Source of the DNA: a virus
Taxonomy: Duplodnaviria; Heunggongvirae; Uroviricota; Caudoviricetes
Strand: one strand, 5' to 3'
IMG/VR virus record: IMGVR_UViG_651053022_000004
Location: 14,440 to 78,439 of that record
Length of the DNA: 64,000 nt
In this document: positions 40,526 through 51,500 of the stretch, piece by piece
How the letters are laid out: every line of letters begins with the position of its first letter
How positions within the stretch are numbered: position 1 is the first letter of the stretch
Position numbers and translations under genes: made by a program
The notes under the pieces: model-generated
Told to the model about the DNA's origin: nothing
Seen by the model: the letters and a program-made list of their open reading frames with translations, nothing else
The model's database searches: none

Positions 40526-42282
40526 TGGCAAAAGTGGCTGACGGGATCCGCTACGCCGAACGTGTTGTTGCAGGAGAAATTGTTGCTGGCGAATTTGTCC
40601 GCCTGGCCTGCCAGCGTTTTCTTGATGATCTGAAGTACGGCGAAAAGCGGGGGATTTATTTCAGTGAACCCCGTGCGCAGCACATCCTGAATTTCTACAA
40701 ATTTGTGCCTCATGTAAAAGGGGCACTGGCAGGCCAGCCCATTGAGTTGATGGACTGGCATGTATTTATCCTCATTAATATTTTTGGTTTTGTCATTCCG
40801 CTGGTCAATGAAGAAACCGGGGAAGTTGTCATGCGCAGCGATGGCAGCGGACGTCCGGTGATGGTGCGCCGGTTCCGGACGGCGTACAACGAAGTCGCCC
40901 GTAAAAACGCAAAATCAACCCTGTCATCGGGTATCGGCCTGTATATGACGGGGGCAGATAGTGAAGGCGGAGCTGAGGTGTATTCAGCCGCAACCACGCG
41001 TGACCAGGCCAGAATCGTGTTTGAAGACGCCAAAAATATGGTCAGAAAAGCCCGGTCGACACTCGGGCGGTTGTTTGATTTCAACAAGCTGGCGATTTAC
41101 CAGGAGCAGAGCGCATCAAAATTTGAACCGCTTTCCTCGGATGCAAACAACCTGGACGGTCTGAACATCCACTGCGCCATTATTGATGAGCTGCATGCAC
41201 ATAAAACCCGCGACGTGTGGGACGTTCTGGAAACGGCAACCGGTGCCCGTCTGCAGTCCCTGTTATTTGGTATCACCACGGCTGGCTTTAACAAGGAAGG
41301 GATTTGTTACGAGCAGCGTGATTACGCCATCAAGGTATTGCGAGGCTATAACAGCGACGTGGAGGGCGCTGTAAAAGACGACTCTTACTTTGCGATCATT
41401 TACACGCTTGATGAGGGAGATGATCCGTTTGATGAAACGGTCTGGCAGAAAGCGAATCCTGGCCTGGGCATCTGTAAACGCTGGGATGATCTGCGTCGTC
41501 TGGCGAAAAAAGCGAAGGAGCAGGTCTCTGCGCGGGTGAATTTTTTTACCAAACACATGAATGTGTGGGTCACTGCCGAATCTGCCTGGATGGATATGAT
41601 TAAGTGGGAGAAGTGCGAATACATTGCTCCACAACATGAGCTGAAAACATATCCCATGTGGGTCGGCGTCGACCTTGCTCATAAGATTGATATCTGTGCG
41701 GCGGCAAAACTCTGGCGAACCGATAACGGACATGTTCATGCTGATTTTAAATTCTGGCTTCCGGAAGGACGGCTGGAACGATGCTCGCGGCAGCAGGCAG
41801 AACTTTACCGGAAGTGGGCGGAGATGGATAAGCTCATCCTGACGGATGGTGATGTTATCGATCATGCTCAGATAAAAAGTGACTTACTGGAATGGATTGG
41901 CGGTGAAAACCTCAGGGAACTGGGATTTGACCCGTGGAGCGCAATGCAGTTCAGTCTGGCACTGGCTGAAGAAGGGATACCGCTGGTGGAGGTTCCGCAG
42001 ACGGTCCGCAATCTGTCAGAGGCCATGAAGGAAACGGAATCACTGGTTTATGCCGGGCGTTTCCATCACAGCAATCATCCGGTCATGAACTGGATGATGT
42101 CTAACGTTACTGTAAAACCGGACAAAAACGACAACATCTTCCCGAATAAATCCACGCCGGAAGCCAAAATCGACGGCCCTGTTGCGCTTTTTACAGCCAT
42201 GAGCCGCTTTCTGGTAAATGGCGGGGGCGTGAATGACTTTCTGTCCACGCTTGATCCTGATGAGGACCTGTTAATTCTGTGA
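40525..42282 (+). CDS. terminase large subunit
   Basis: 585 aa; ATPase Walker-like and RNaseH-like nuclease motifs; ATGA overlap with the TerS stop. Confidence 0.9.
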   Translation: MAKVADGIRYAERVVAGEIVAGEFVRLACQRFLDDLKYGEKRGIYFSEPRAQHILNFYKFVPHVKGALAGQPIELMDWHVFILINIFGFVIPLVNEETGEVVMRSDGSGRPVMVRRFRTAYNEVARKNAKSTLSSGIGLYMTGADSEGGAEVYSAATTRDQARIVFEDAKNMVRKARSTLGRLFDFNKLAIYQEQSASKFEPLSSDANNLDGLNIHCAIIDELHAHKTRDVWDVLETATGARLQSLLFGITTAGFNKEGICYEQRDYAIKVLRGYNSDVEGAVKDDSYFAIIYTLDEGDDPFDETVWQKANPGLGICKRWDDLRRLAKKAKEQVSARVNFFTKHMNVWVTAESAWMDMIKWEKCEYIAPQHELKTYPMWVGVDLAHKIDICAAAKLWRTDNGHVHADFKFWLPEGRLERCSRQQAELYRKWAEMDKLILTDGDVIDHAQIKSDLLEWIGGENLRELGFDPWSAMQFSLALAEEGIPLVEVPQTVRNLSEAMKETESLVYAGRFHHSNHPVMNWMMSNVTVKPDKNDNIFPNKSTPEAKIDGPVALFTAMSRFLVNGGGVNDFLSTLDPDEDLLIL

Positions 42283-42429
42283 AACAGCTTATTACTGATA
42301 TGACCGGGCTGATCGGTTTCGGTCTGCTCACTGCTGGCGTTTATCTGTATGCAGGTCTGCCAGCGTCTCTGATGCTGTCTGGCTGTTTGTTGCTGCTTTA
42401 TGCACTGGTGGTGTCCATGAGGAGAAAAC

Positions 42430-43656
42430 ATGCTTCTTGATGCTCTGTTTCGCAGTGAGCCTCTGGAAAATCCCTCGGTTCCGGTAACCGGAGAGGCCGC
42501 AGAGACGGATAATATTTTTGCCCGGGATGTGTATGTCAGTCCGGAAACGTCCATGAGGCTGGCTGCTGTCTATGCCTGTATTTATGTTATTTCATCCAGT
42601 GTGGCTCAGATGCCCCTGCATGTGATGCGAAAAACGAATGAGCATGTTCAGCCGGCACGCGATCACCCGTTGTTCTGGCTCGTTCATGATGAACCGAATG
42701 CCTGGCAGACCAGCTATAAGTGGCGGGAACTGAAGCAGCGTCATGTGCTGGGGTGGGGCAATGGTTATACGTGGGTGAAACGTAATCGTCGTGGCGAGGT
42801 TACCAGTCTTGAATGCTGTATGCCATGGGAAACCACGTTACTTAACACCGGAGGGCGTCATACCTACGGTGTGTATAACGAAGAGGGTGCATTTGCGGTA
42901 AGTCCGGACGACATGATCCATATCAGGGCGCTGGGAAACAATCAGAAAATGGGACTGAGTCCGATCATGCAGCATGCTGAAACCATTGGTATGGGAATGA
43001 GTGGTCAGCAGTATACCAGTGCTTTTTTTAACGGTAATGCCCGTCCTGCCGGGATTATTTCTGTGAAAAATGAACTGAACGAACAGAGTTGGAGCAGGCT
43101 CAAGAATATGTGGCAGCGGGCGGTGACAGCGCTTCGCAGCCAGGAAAATAAAACCATGTTGCTGCCTGCGCAACTGGATTACCGCGCTCTGACAGTTTCT
43201 CCGGTGGATGCTCAGATCATTGATATGACCAAGCTGAACCGGTCGATGATTGCCGGGATTTTTAATGTCCCGGCGCACATGATTAATGACCTGGAAAAAG
43301 CCACATTTTCGAATATTACGCAGCAGGCGATTCAGTTTGTTCGCTACACGATGATGCCCTGGGTTGCGAACTGGGAGCAGGAGCTTAACCGTCGCCTGTT
43401 TACCCGTACAGAACGGGCTGCCGGGTATTACGTTCGTTTCAACCTCACGGGGTTGCTCCGTGGGACCCCACAGGAGCGTGCGCAGTTCTATCACTTTGCC
43501 ATTACAGATGGCTGGATGAGTCGGAATGAAGCCAGGGCATTTGAGGATATGAACCCGGTTGACGGTCTGGATGAAATGCTGGTCAGCGTAAATGCAGCAA
43601 ATCCGTTGAATAACTTTAAAGATACGAAAGGCAAAGAGGAAAAGAACGATGAATGA
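42430..43656 (+). CDS. portal protein (HK97 family)
   Basis: 408 aa; typical HK97-family portal length and position. Confidence 0.88.
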   Translation: MLLDALFRSEPLENPSVPVTGEAAETDNIFARDVYVSPETSMRLAAVYACIYVISSSVAQMPLHVMRKTNEHVQPARDHPLFWLVHDEPNAWQTSYKWRELKQRHVLGWGNGYTWVKRNRRGEVTSLECCMPWETTLLNTGGRHTYGVYNEEGAFAVSPDDMIHIRALGNNQKMGLSPIMQHAETIGMGMSGQQYTSAFFNGNARPAGIISVKNELNEQSWSRLKNMWQRAVTALRSQENKTMLLPAQLDYRALTVSPVDAQIIDMTKLNRSMIAGIFNVPAHMINDLEKATFSNITQQAIQFVRYTMMPWVANWEQELNRRLFTRTERAAGYYVRFNLTGLLRGTPQERAQFYHFAITDGWMSRNEARAFEDMNPVDGLDEMLVSVNAANPLNNFKDTKGKEEKNDE

Positions 43657-44248
43657 CCGTGAAACGCGCTGTTACAGCGGGGAGGTGCGGGCGGAACAAT
43701 ATGATAATGCCCCGACCCACATTCTGGGCTATGGCTCGGTATTTAACAGTCGTTCAGAACCTCTGTGGGGATTTCGTGAAATCATCAAGCCGGGGGCTTT
43801 TGATGATGTACTGAATGATGATGTACGTGGCTTGTTTAATCATGATCCTAATTTCATTCTCGGACGAAGTTCTGCCGGCACGTTGTCATTGTCGGTGGAT
43901 GAACGCGGTTTACGTTATGACATTGTTGCACCGGATACTCCGACTATTTGTGACCTGGTGCTATCTCCAATGTTGCGTGGTGACATTAATCAGTCCTCGT
44001 TCGCGTTTCGTGTCGCCCGTGACGGAGAGAGCTGGTATGAAGACGACGAGGGGATTGTTATCCGGGAAATCACGCGCATTTCTCGTCTGTATGACGTCAG
44101 CCCGGTGACATATCCGGCCTATCAGGACGCAGACTCTGGTGTCCGCTCAATGAAAGCCTGGCAGGAAGCGCGGGCGAGTGGTGCGCTGAAGAAAGCTGTT
44201 AACGAACGAATGGCGCGTGAGCGTCTTTTGACCCTTCTTAATGCATAA
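43649..44248 (+). CDS. prohead protease (HK97 S78 family)
   Basis: 199 aa; position between portal and capsid; conserved His/Ser-containing blocks. Confidence 0.82.
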   Translation: MNDRETRCYSGEVRAEQYDNAPTHILGYGSVFNSRSEPLWGFREIIKPGAFDDVLNDDVRGLFNHDPNFILGRSSAGTLSLSVDERGLRYDIVAPDTPTICDLVLSPMLRGDINQSSFAFRVARDGESWYEDDEGIVIREITRISRLYDVSPVTYPAYQDADSGVRSMKAWQEARASGALKKAVNERMARERLLTLLNA

Positions 44249-44262
44249 GGATACTACTGACG

Positions 44263-45480
44263 ATGAAACTTCATGAGATGAAGCAAAAACGAAACACCAT
44301 TGCAAAGGATATGCGTGCACTGCATGAAAAAATTGGTGATAACGCATGGACTGATGAGCAACGGGCAGAGTGGAACAGGGCGAAAGCTGAGCTGGATGCG
44401 CTGGATGAGCAAATCGCCCGTGAAGAAGAGTTGCGCCGTCAGGATCAGGCATATGTGGATGAGTCCGGGCCGGAAGAGCGCCAGAATAATGAGGCGGAGA
44501 ACGGGAAAAAGGCGGTGGAAGAGAAGCGCGCTGCGGCATTTAACCGTTTTCTGCGTGCCGGATTTGCAGAACTGAATGCTGAAGAGCGTAATCTGATGCG
44601 TGAACTGCGGGCTCAGAGTGTAACAACGGATTCTCAGGGCGGATATACGGTGCCCACGCAGATGCGTAACAAAATCATTGACACCATGAAGGCTTATGGC
44701 GGGATTGCCAGTGTGGCGCAACTTCTGACCACATCAACCGGGCAGGATATCACCTGGTCAACGTCTGATGGCACGACTGAAGAGGGCGAACTGCTGGCGG
44801 AAAATACAGCCGCAACGGAACAGGATGTGACGTTCGGGACCGCTATTCTGGGGGCTAAAAAGCTGTCATCAAAAATAATTCGTGTGTCCAATGAGCTGCT
44901 CCAGGACAGTGGGGTGGATATTGAATCTTATCTGGCAAACCGTATTGCCCAGCGTATTGGTCGTGGAGAGGCAAAATATCTGGTTCAGGGGACCGGAACG
45001 GGATCACCGTTACAGCCAAAAGGGCTGGCAGCGTCGGTGACGGGAACCATCCAGACTGTAGCCTCTGCCGCTTTCACCTGGAAAGAAATGAATGCCCTGA
45101 AACATGCCATTGATCCGGCATATCGTGGTGGGCCGAAATACCGCTGGGCATTCAATGATGCCACATTGCAGACTATTGAAGAGATGGAGGATGGACAGAA
45201 ACGCCCGTTATGGCTGCCGGATATTGCAGGCGGTACGCCGGCTACTGTGCTGGGGATCCCTTATGTTATTGATCAGGCTATTGACGGGATTGGTACCGGA
45301 AAAAAATTCATTTTCCTGGGGGATTTCAACCGCTTTATCATTCGCCGCGTTACTTATATGGAACTGAAACGTCTGGTTGAGCGTTATGCTGAGTTTGATC
45401 AGGTGGCATTTCTGGCTTTCCATCGTTTTGACTGTGTGCTGGAAGATGTGGCAGCCATCAAGGCGCTCACTGGCAAATAA
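44263..45480 (+). CDS. major capsid protein (HK97 family)
   Basis: 405 aa; N-terminal coiled-coil delta region then capsid body. Confidence 0.9.
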   Translation: MKLHEMKQKRNTIAKDMRALHEKIGDNAWTDEQRAEWNRAKAELDALDEQIAREEELRRQDQAYVDESGPEERQNNEAENGKKAVEEKRAAAFNRFLRAGFAELNAEERNLMRELRAQSVTTDSQGGYTVPTQMRNKIIDTMKAYGGIASVAQLLTTSTGQDITWSTSDGTTEEGELLAENTAATEQDVTFGTAILGAKKLSSKIIRVSNELLQDSGVDIESYLANRIAQRIGRGEAKYLVQGTGTGSPLQPKGLAASVTGTIQTVASAAFTWKEMNALKHAIDPAYRGGPKYRWAFNDATLQTIEEMEDGQKRPLWLPDIAGGTPATVLGIPYVIDQAIDGIGTGKKFIFLGDFNRFIIRRVTYMELKRLVERYAEFDQVAFLAFHRFDCVLEDVAAIKALTGK

Positions 45481-45501
45481 CCACTCGTTGTTCAGTTACA
45501 G

Positions 45502-45524
45502 ACCGCGCCGACGCGGTTTTTTTA
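45502..45524 (+). terminator. hairpin accgcg-ccga-cgcggt plus T7 after the capsid gene
   Basis: Read directly from the sequence. Confidence 0.55.
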
Positions 45525-45556
45525 TGCCCGCACAGTGTTGCGGGCAGGAGTTTCTG

Positions 45557-45874
45557 ATGGCAGCAATAGTGGAAAAACTCAGGGCGCAGTGCCGTATTGA
45601 TACAGATGATGCAACTGATGATGAGTTACTGATGCTGTATTTCCGGGCTGCCTGCCGCAAGGCAGAAAATTTTATCAACCGTAAGCTTTATGAGGAGACG
45701 GTGCCGGAAGGTGATCCTGAAGGGGTGCTTATAGCTGATGATGTTTTGCTGGCGCTCATGTTGCTGGTCGGGCACTGGTACGAAAACCGGGAAAATTCCT
45801 CAGATGTCAGCAAGGCACCAGTCCCGTTTGGTTTTTCTTCTCTGCTGGAGCCTTATCGTTTTATTCCTTTGTAG
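45557..45874 (+). CDS. head-tail connector protein (gp6-like)
   Basis: 105 aa from ATG 45557, RBS CAGGAG. Confidence 0.7.
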   Translation: MAAIVEKLRAQCRIDTDDATDDELLMLYFRAACRKAENFINRKLYEETVPEGDPEGVLIADDVLLALMLLVGHWYENRENSSDVSKAPVPFGFSSLLEPYRFIPL

Positions 45875-45882
45875 GAGGAGAC

Positions 45883-46221
45883 ATGCAGGCGGGCAGATTA
45901 CGTGATCGCGTAATTATTCTGAATGTCACCACCGCCCGCTCTCCGTCAGGGCATCCGGTGGAGACGGTGACGGAGGGAGCTACCGTATGGGCAGAAGTTA
46001 AGGGTATCAGCGGGAGGGAGATAATCTCAGGCGGAGCAGAAACCGCTCAGGCTACGGTCAGAGTCTGGATGAGATTCCGGCGCGATGTGACAGCGACTTC
46101 ACGTCTGAAAGTGCTGACCGGTGCATTTAAAGGGGCCATTCTGGGTATAGAAGGTCCACCAATACCGGATGCACGCGCTACCCGGCTTGAAATACTCTGC
46201 AGCCTGAAGGGGAATGTGTGA
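45883..46221 (+). CDS. head closure / head-tail adaptor protein
   Basis: 112 aa; paralogous to 28278..28628. Confidence 0.72.
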   Translation: MQAGRLRDRVIILNVTTARSPSGHPVETVTEGATVWAEVKGISGREIISGGAETAQATVRVWMRFRRDVTATSRLKVLTGAFKGAILGIEGPPIPDARATRLEILCSLKGNV

Positions 46222-46667
46222 TGGATTTCAGTCTTGATTTTTCCGGCCTGGCGGATATTGCACGGGATTTGGAGACGCTCAGCAGGGCAGAAAACAATAA
46301 GGTTCTGCGCGATGCCACCCGTGCCGGTGCTGAAGTTATGCGGGATGCAGTTGTTGAACGTGCGCCGGAGCGAACCGGGAAACTGAAGAAAAATGTGGTT
46401 GTTCTCACTCAGCGTTCAAAGCGTCGGGGGGAAATTATCTCGGGTGTCCACATTCGCGGACGGAACCTGCGAACCGGAAACAGTGATAACAGCATGAAAG
46501 CCAGCGATCCCCGAAATGCATTTTACTGGCGCTTTGTGGAGCTGGGAACGATAAACATGCCCGCGCATCCATTCATTCGCCCGGCTTTCGATACGACAGA
46601 GGAACTGGCAGCACGGATTGCCATACAGCGAATGAATCAGGCTATTGATGAGGTCTTAAGTAAATGA
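46218..46667 (+). CDS. HK97 gp10-family tail component
   Basis: 149 aa; paralogous to 28625..29071. Confidence 0.72.
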   Translation: MMDFSLDFSGLADIARDLETLSRAENNKVLRDATRAGAEVMRDAVVERAPERTGKLKKNVVVLTQRSKRRGEIISGVHIRGRNLRTGNSDNSMKASDPRNAFYWRFVELGTINMPAHPFIRPAFDTTEELAARIAIQRMNQAIDEVLSK

Positions 46668-47008
46668 GAGAGGCCACACTGTATTCCCTGTTGTCTCAGC
46701 TGGCCGGAGGACAGGTTTATCCTTATGTGGTCCCACTGACGGAGGGAAAGCCTGCGGTATCTCCGCCGTGGCTGGTGTTTTCTGTGGTGTCTGACACGGC
46801 ATCTGATGTGCTTGATGGGCAGGCTGAATCCAGAATTACCGTGCAGATCGATGTCTGGGCGACAGTACCTGATGACGCAGATAATATTCGTGAGCAGGCG
46901 CTTGATGCGGTAAGAAAACTGGCACCCTCCGTTATTTCTAAAACGCAGGGTTATGATCCTGACTCCCGTCTGAGCAGAGCCACGCTTGAATTTCAGGTAA
47001 TAGCCTGA
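46664..47008 (+). CDS. DUF3168-like tail completion protein
   Basis: 114 aa; paralogous to 29068..29412. Confidence 0.7.
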   Translation: MREATLYSLLSQLAGGQVYPYVVPLTEGKPAVSPPWLVFSVVSDTASDVLDGQAESRITVQIDVWATVPDDADNIREQALDAVRKLAPSVISKTQGYDPDSRLSRATLEFQVIA

Positions 47009-47039
47009 GGTCATTAATGATTTTACCCACCCGCCGCTG

Positions 47040-47061
47040 GCGGGTTTTTTTATTTTCAGGA
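47040..47061 (+). terminator. hairpin cccgcc-gct-ggcggg plus T7 upstream of the major tail gene
   Basis: Read directly from the sequence; equivalent to 29442-29463. Confidence 0.5.
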
Positions 47062-47068
47062 GACGAGT

Positions 47069-47773
47069 ATGTCCTCTAATTTTGAGCGTTCGCAACTGAC
47101 GAAAATTATGATTTCGTCTGCACCGGTAACAGCAGAAACCCTGGATTCTGCCAGCTATCTTGGCCTGAGCTGTACAATCAAAGAGGTGCAGTTTACCGCA
47201 GGACAAAAGCAGGATATTGATGTCACCACGCTGTGTTCTGTTGAGCAGGAAAATATTAACGGTCTTGGTGCCGCGTCAGAGATTTCCATGTCAGGCAACT
47301 TTTATCTGAATGCTGCCCAGAACGCGTTGCGCAGTGCCTATGACAATGACACCACGTATGGCTTTAAAGTTATTTTTCCGTCAGGCAACGGATTTACCTT
47401 TATGGCAGAGGTGCGTCAGCATACCTGGTCTGCAGGAACCAATGGTGTTGTGGCTGCAACGTTTTCCTTGCGCCTGAAAGGTAAACCTGTGCTGACGACA
47501 GAGCCGCTGAAAGTGAAGGCCGATTTAAAAAGCACGCTGCGGGTTGCTTCCGGAGCGAAACTTGAAATGGCGGTTGAGGCTGCGGGTGGTGTGCCGCCTT
47601 ATTCTTATGTCTGGAAGAAAGGTGGTTCTCCTGTTTCCGGACAGACGGCGGCAACGTTCAGTAAGGCATCGGCAGTATCCGGTGATGCGGGTGCATATAC
47701 CTGCGAGATTTCTGATTCAGCAAGCCCGGTTAACAAAGTGACCTCCACTTCCTGCACTGTAACCGTCAGTTAA
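47069..47773 (+). CDS. major tail tube protein with C-terminal Ig-like domain
   Basis: 234 aa; paralogous to 29479..30195. Confidence 0.8.
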   Translation: MSSNFERSQLTKIMISSAPVTAETLDSASYLGLSCTIKEVQFTAGQKQDIDVTTLCSVEQENINGLGAASEISMSGNFYLNAAQNALRSAYDNDTTYGFKVIFPSGNGFTFMAEVRQHTWSAGTNGVVAATFSLRLKGKPVLTTEPLKVKADLKSTLRVASGAKLEMAVEAAGGVPPYSYVWKKGGSPVSGQTAATFSKASAVSGDAGAYTCEISDSASPVNKVTSTSCTVTVS

Positions 47774-47787
47774 TGAGGATGGATGTG

Positions 47788-48159
47788 ATGACTAAAAATA
47801 TCCGTAATCTGGCACTGGCAACGATGTCGGGGTTTCGCCATAAAACCGTTGATGTGCCTGAATGGGAGGGAGCAACGGTTGTGTTACGGGAACCTTCTGC
47901 AGAAGCCTGGTTGCGCTGGCAGGAGATCGTTAAAGCAAAAGATGATGAGACACCGTTATCCGTTGCGGAGCGCGCCCGCCGAAATCTGGAGGCAGATGTT
48001 GAACTGTTCATTGATGTTCTGTGTGATACCGGACTGCAACCCGTATTTTCAGAGGATGATCGTGAACAGGTGATTGCCGTGTATGGCCCGGTGCATGCGC
48101 GGCTTCTTCGGCAGTCTCTGGAACTGATCAGTGATGCCGGCGAGGTTAAAAAAAAGTAG
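47788..48159 (+). CDS. tail assembly chaperone (G-like)
   Basis: 123 aa from ATG 47788; ends at slippery A AAA AAG. Confidence 0.75.
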   Translation: MTKNIRNLALATMSGFRHKTVDVPEWEGATVVLREPSAEAWLRWQEIVKAKDDETPLSVAERARRNLEADVELFIDVLCDTGLQPVFSEDDREQVIAVYGPVHARLLRQSLELISDAGEVKKK

Positions 48160-48170
48160 CGCTTCCGGGG

Positions 48171-48461
48171 ATGCGTTTTCTGATGATGCTGGCGCTCAGG
48201 ATGGGGCGCACATTGTCAGAGTTACGCCGGGAAATGTCCGCATCAGAAATCATGATGTGGGCAGAATTTGACAGGTTCAGCCCGCTGGGGGACGAACGGG
48301 CTGATATCCGGGCTGCCCAGATTGTTTCAGCTGTTTACGGTGCGCAGGGGGTCAAAGTGCCACTGAATGATGCGCTTCTTCAGTGGGAGAAGGAGCAGAC
48401 AGAAGGCGTATCAGATCCATTTGCCGGACTGGAAAACGCGCTTTTAATAGTGTCTCAGTGA
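48171..48461 (+). CDS. tail assembly protein T-like segment, reached by -1 frameshift
   Basis: Slippery A AAA AAG at 48150-48156; the -1 frame continues into MRFLMMLALRMGRTLSELRR... Confidence 0.7.
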   Translation: MRFLMMLALRMGRTLSELRREMSASEIMMWAEFDRFSPLGDERADIRAAQIVSAVYGAQGVKVPLNDALLQWEKEQTEGVSDPFAGLENALLIVSQ

Positions 48462-48501
48462 GTCAACATAACCGCTTCGGCGGTTTTTTTTCGTCCGGAG
48501 A

Positions 48502-51500
48502 ATGAGTGTGGCGACATTACGTGAACTGATTATTAAAATCTCGGCAAATTCCCGGTCATTCCAGTCAGAGATCTCCCGGGCTTCGCGTATGGGGCAGGAT
48601 TACTACCGTACCATGCAGAACGGAGGCCGGCAGTCCGCTGCTGCATCCCGTGAAATGCGGCGTGCACTGGCAGAAGTGACGGATCAGATAAATACAGCTA
48701 AATCTTCGGCACTGAATATGGCGGGGGCATTTGCCGGGGCTTTTGCTACCGGTCATCTTATTTCTTTCGCCGATGAGTGGAATTCAGTAAATGCCCGTCT
48801 GAAGCAGGCCTCACAGTCCAGTGATGATTTTCAGGCATCACAGCGTGAATTAATGGCGATCAGCCAGAGAACGGGGACGGCGTTTTCTGATAACGCCAGC
48901 CTTTTTGCCCGTTCTGCAGCTTCCATGCGGGAGTATGGTTACAGTTCTGAGGAGGTACTGAAAGTCACCGAGGCGATCTCCACGGGCCTGAAATTATCCG
49001 GTGCCAGTACAGCAGAAGCCAGTTCGGTGATCACGCAGTTCAGTCAGGCACTGGCGCAGGGAGTGCTGCGCGGTGAAGAGTTTAACTCGGTGAATGAGAA
49101 CGGCGATCGTGTTATTCGTGCGCTGGCTGCGGGAGTGGGGGTTGCCCGTAAGGATCTGAAGGCCATGGCGGATAACGGAAAGTTGACCGCCGATAAGGTT
49201 GTTCCTGCACTGATTAGTCAGCTTGGGGCATTACGTGATGAATATGCGGCAATGCCTGATACGGTTTCATCCTCTGCAACCAAAGTTGAAAACGCCTTTA
49301 TGGCCTGGGTTGGTGGTGCGAACGAGGCAAGCGGAGTGACGAAGACGCTCTCCGGTGTGCTGAATGGTATTGCAGGCAATATTGACACTGTGGCAACCGC
49401 TGCCGGTGCTCTGGTTGCCGTCGGGGTAGCCCGATATTTTGGCAATATGGCGTCTTCTGCTGGATCTGCAACTGCCGGATTAATTACTGCAGCCAGAAAC
49501 GAAGTGGCTCTTGCGGAAGCGCAGCTCCGGGGGACACAGATAGCAACAGCCAGGGCGCGTGCGGCGGTTTATCGTGCGCAACAGGCGGTTGTTGCTGCTC
49601 GCGGTACCGAAAGGCAGGCAGCCGCAGAAGCGAAACTGGCTGCTGCCCAGGCATCACTTACCCGTAATATTGCGGCCAGAACAGCAGCACAGACAACGCT
49701 GAATACTGTCACGTCAGTGGGAAGTCGTCTGTTAAGTGGAGCACTGGGACTGGTTGGTGGGGTGCCGGGGCTTGTCATGCTGGGGGCCGCGGCCTGGTAC
49801 ACGATGTATCAGAATCAGGAGCAGGCCAGAGAATCTGCACGCCAGTATGCCGCAAAAATCGACGAAATTCGCCAGAAAACGTCGGCAATGTCGCTTCCTG
49901 AAGCGTCAGATAATGAGGAAAAGACGCGGCAGGCACTTGATGAGCAAAACAGGTTAATTGACGAGCAGAAAAGTAAGATTAAATCCTTACAGGAAAAAAT
50001 TGCTGGCTATCAGTATGTGCTGGCAAACCCGGGCTGGACAACCGATAACGGTTTTATGATTAACCACATGACGTCGGTAAAAACAGTCACAGAAGGGCTT
50101 GCAGAAGCAACAAATCAACTGGCAGTTGAACAGTCCCGTCTCACACAAATGCAGGGCAAAGCGCAATCCATTCAGGATGTGCTTGCCGGGCTGGAGGAGC
50201 GGCGGGTTGCGTTGATCCGTCAACAGGCGGCGGAACAAAACAAAGCGTATCAGTCCCTGTTGATCATGAATGGGCAGCATACCGAGTTTAATCGCCTTCT
50301 TGGGCTTGGTAATGAATTACTTCAGCAGCGACAGGGGCTGGTGAATGTACCGTTACGGCTACCACAGGCAACCCTGGATGATAAACAGCAGACCGCACTG
50401 AATAACAGCAAGCGCGAACTGGCTCTGTCCCGCCTTAAGGGGGAAGCGCGTGAGCGTGCCCGACTGGGCTATGCTGCGGATGATCTCGGCTTTGTGGGAG
50501 AGGCGTATCAGACAGCCAGACAGAATTATATCAATAACTCACTGGATGCCTGGCGAAATAACCAGGCAAATAAACCCAAAGCGCATAAAAAGACCGAAGC
50601 GGAAAAAACAGAAGATATTTATAAACGGCTGATTAAACAGCAAAAAGAACAGATAGCACTGGCAGGGCAGAATACTGAACTGGCTAAGATGAAATATCAG
50701 GTCAGTCAGGGCGAATTATCAACCCTGTCAGAAGCGCAGAAAAAAACGCTTTTGCAGAATGCAGCACTCATCGACCAGAAAAAGATTCGTGAGCAGCTTG
50801 CTGCGTATGAAAGCAGCCTGGCGGACAGTAATGCCAGTACCCGGGCGTCTAACGACGCGCAGTTACTGGGATATGGTGAAGGCTCACGGATGCGTGAACG
50901 ACTCCAGGAAATGTGGAGTATCCGGCATGAGTTTGAGCAGAAAAATAACGAGCTGCTGAGACAGTATCAGGCCGGAGAAATTGAAGAAGCCCTGTGGAAA
51001 CAGGAGAAAGAACTGAATAAAAAATATCTGGAAGAGCGTCTCAGCGATCAGCAGGATTATTATGCAAAGGCCGATGCTTTACGTAATAACTGGAATGCAG
51101 GACTCCAGGAGGGGCTGACCAACTGGGCAGACAGTGCCACCGATTATGCTTCGCAGGCGGCAGATGCTGTCGTTTCCACTATGGACGGGCTGGTATCAAA
51201 TATTTCCGATGCGCTGGCCGGAAATGTTGTGGACTGGAGAAACTGGGGGAGTTCAATTCTCCAGGAAGTTTCAAAAATTCTGATGAATGCGGCCATTGTT
51301 AACGGACTGAAGTCACTCTCCGGTGCCGGAGGGTGGCTTGGTACGGTCGGCGGATGGATTTCGGGGGCGGTGGCAAACGCAAAAGGTGGTGTTTACACAT
51401 CGGCAAATCTGAGTGCTTACAGTAACACTATTGTGGATACACCGACGTATTTTGCTTTTGCGAAAGGTGCCGGGCTGATGGGCGAGGCCGGGCCTGAAGC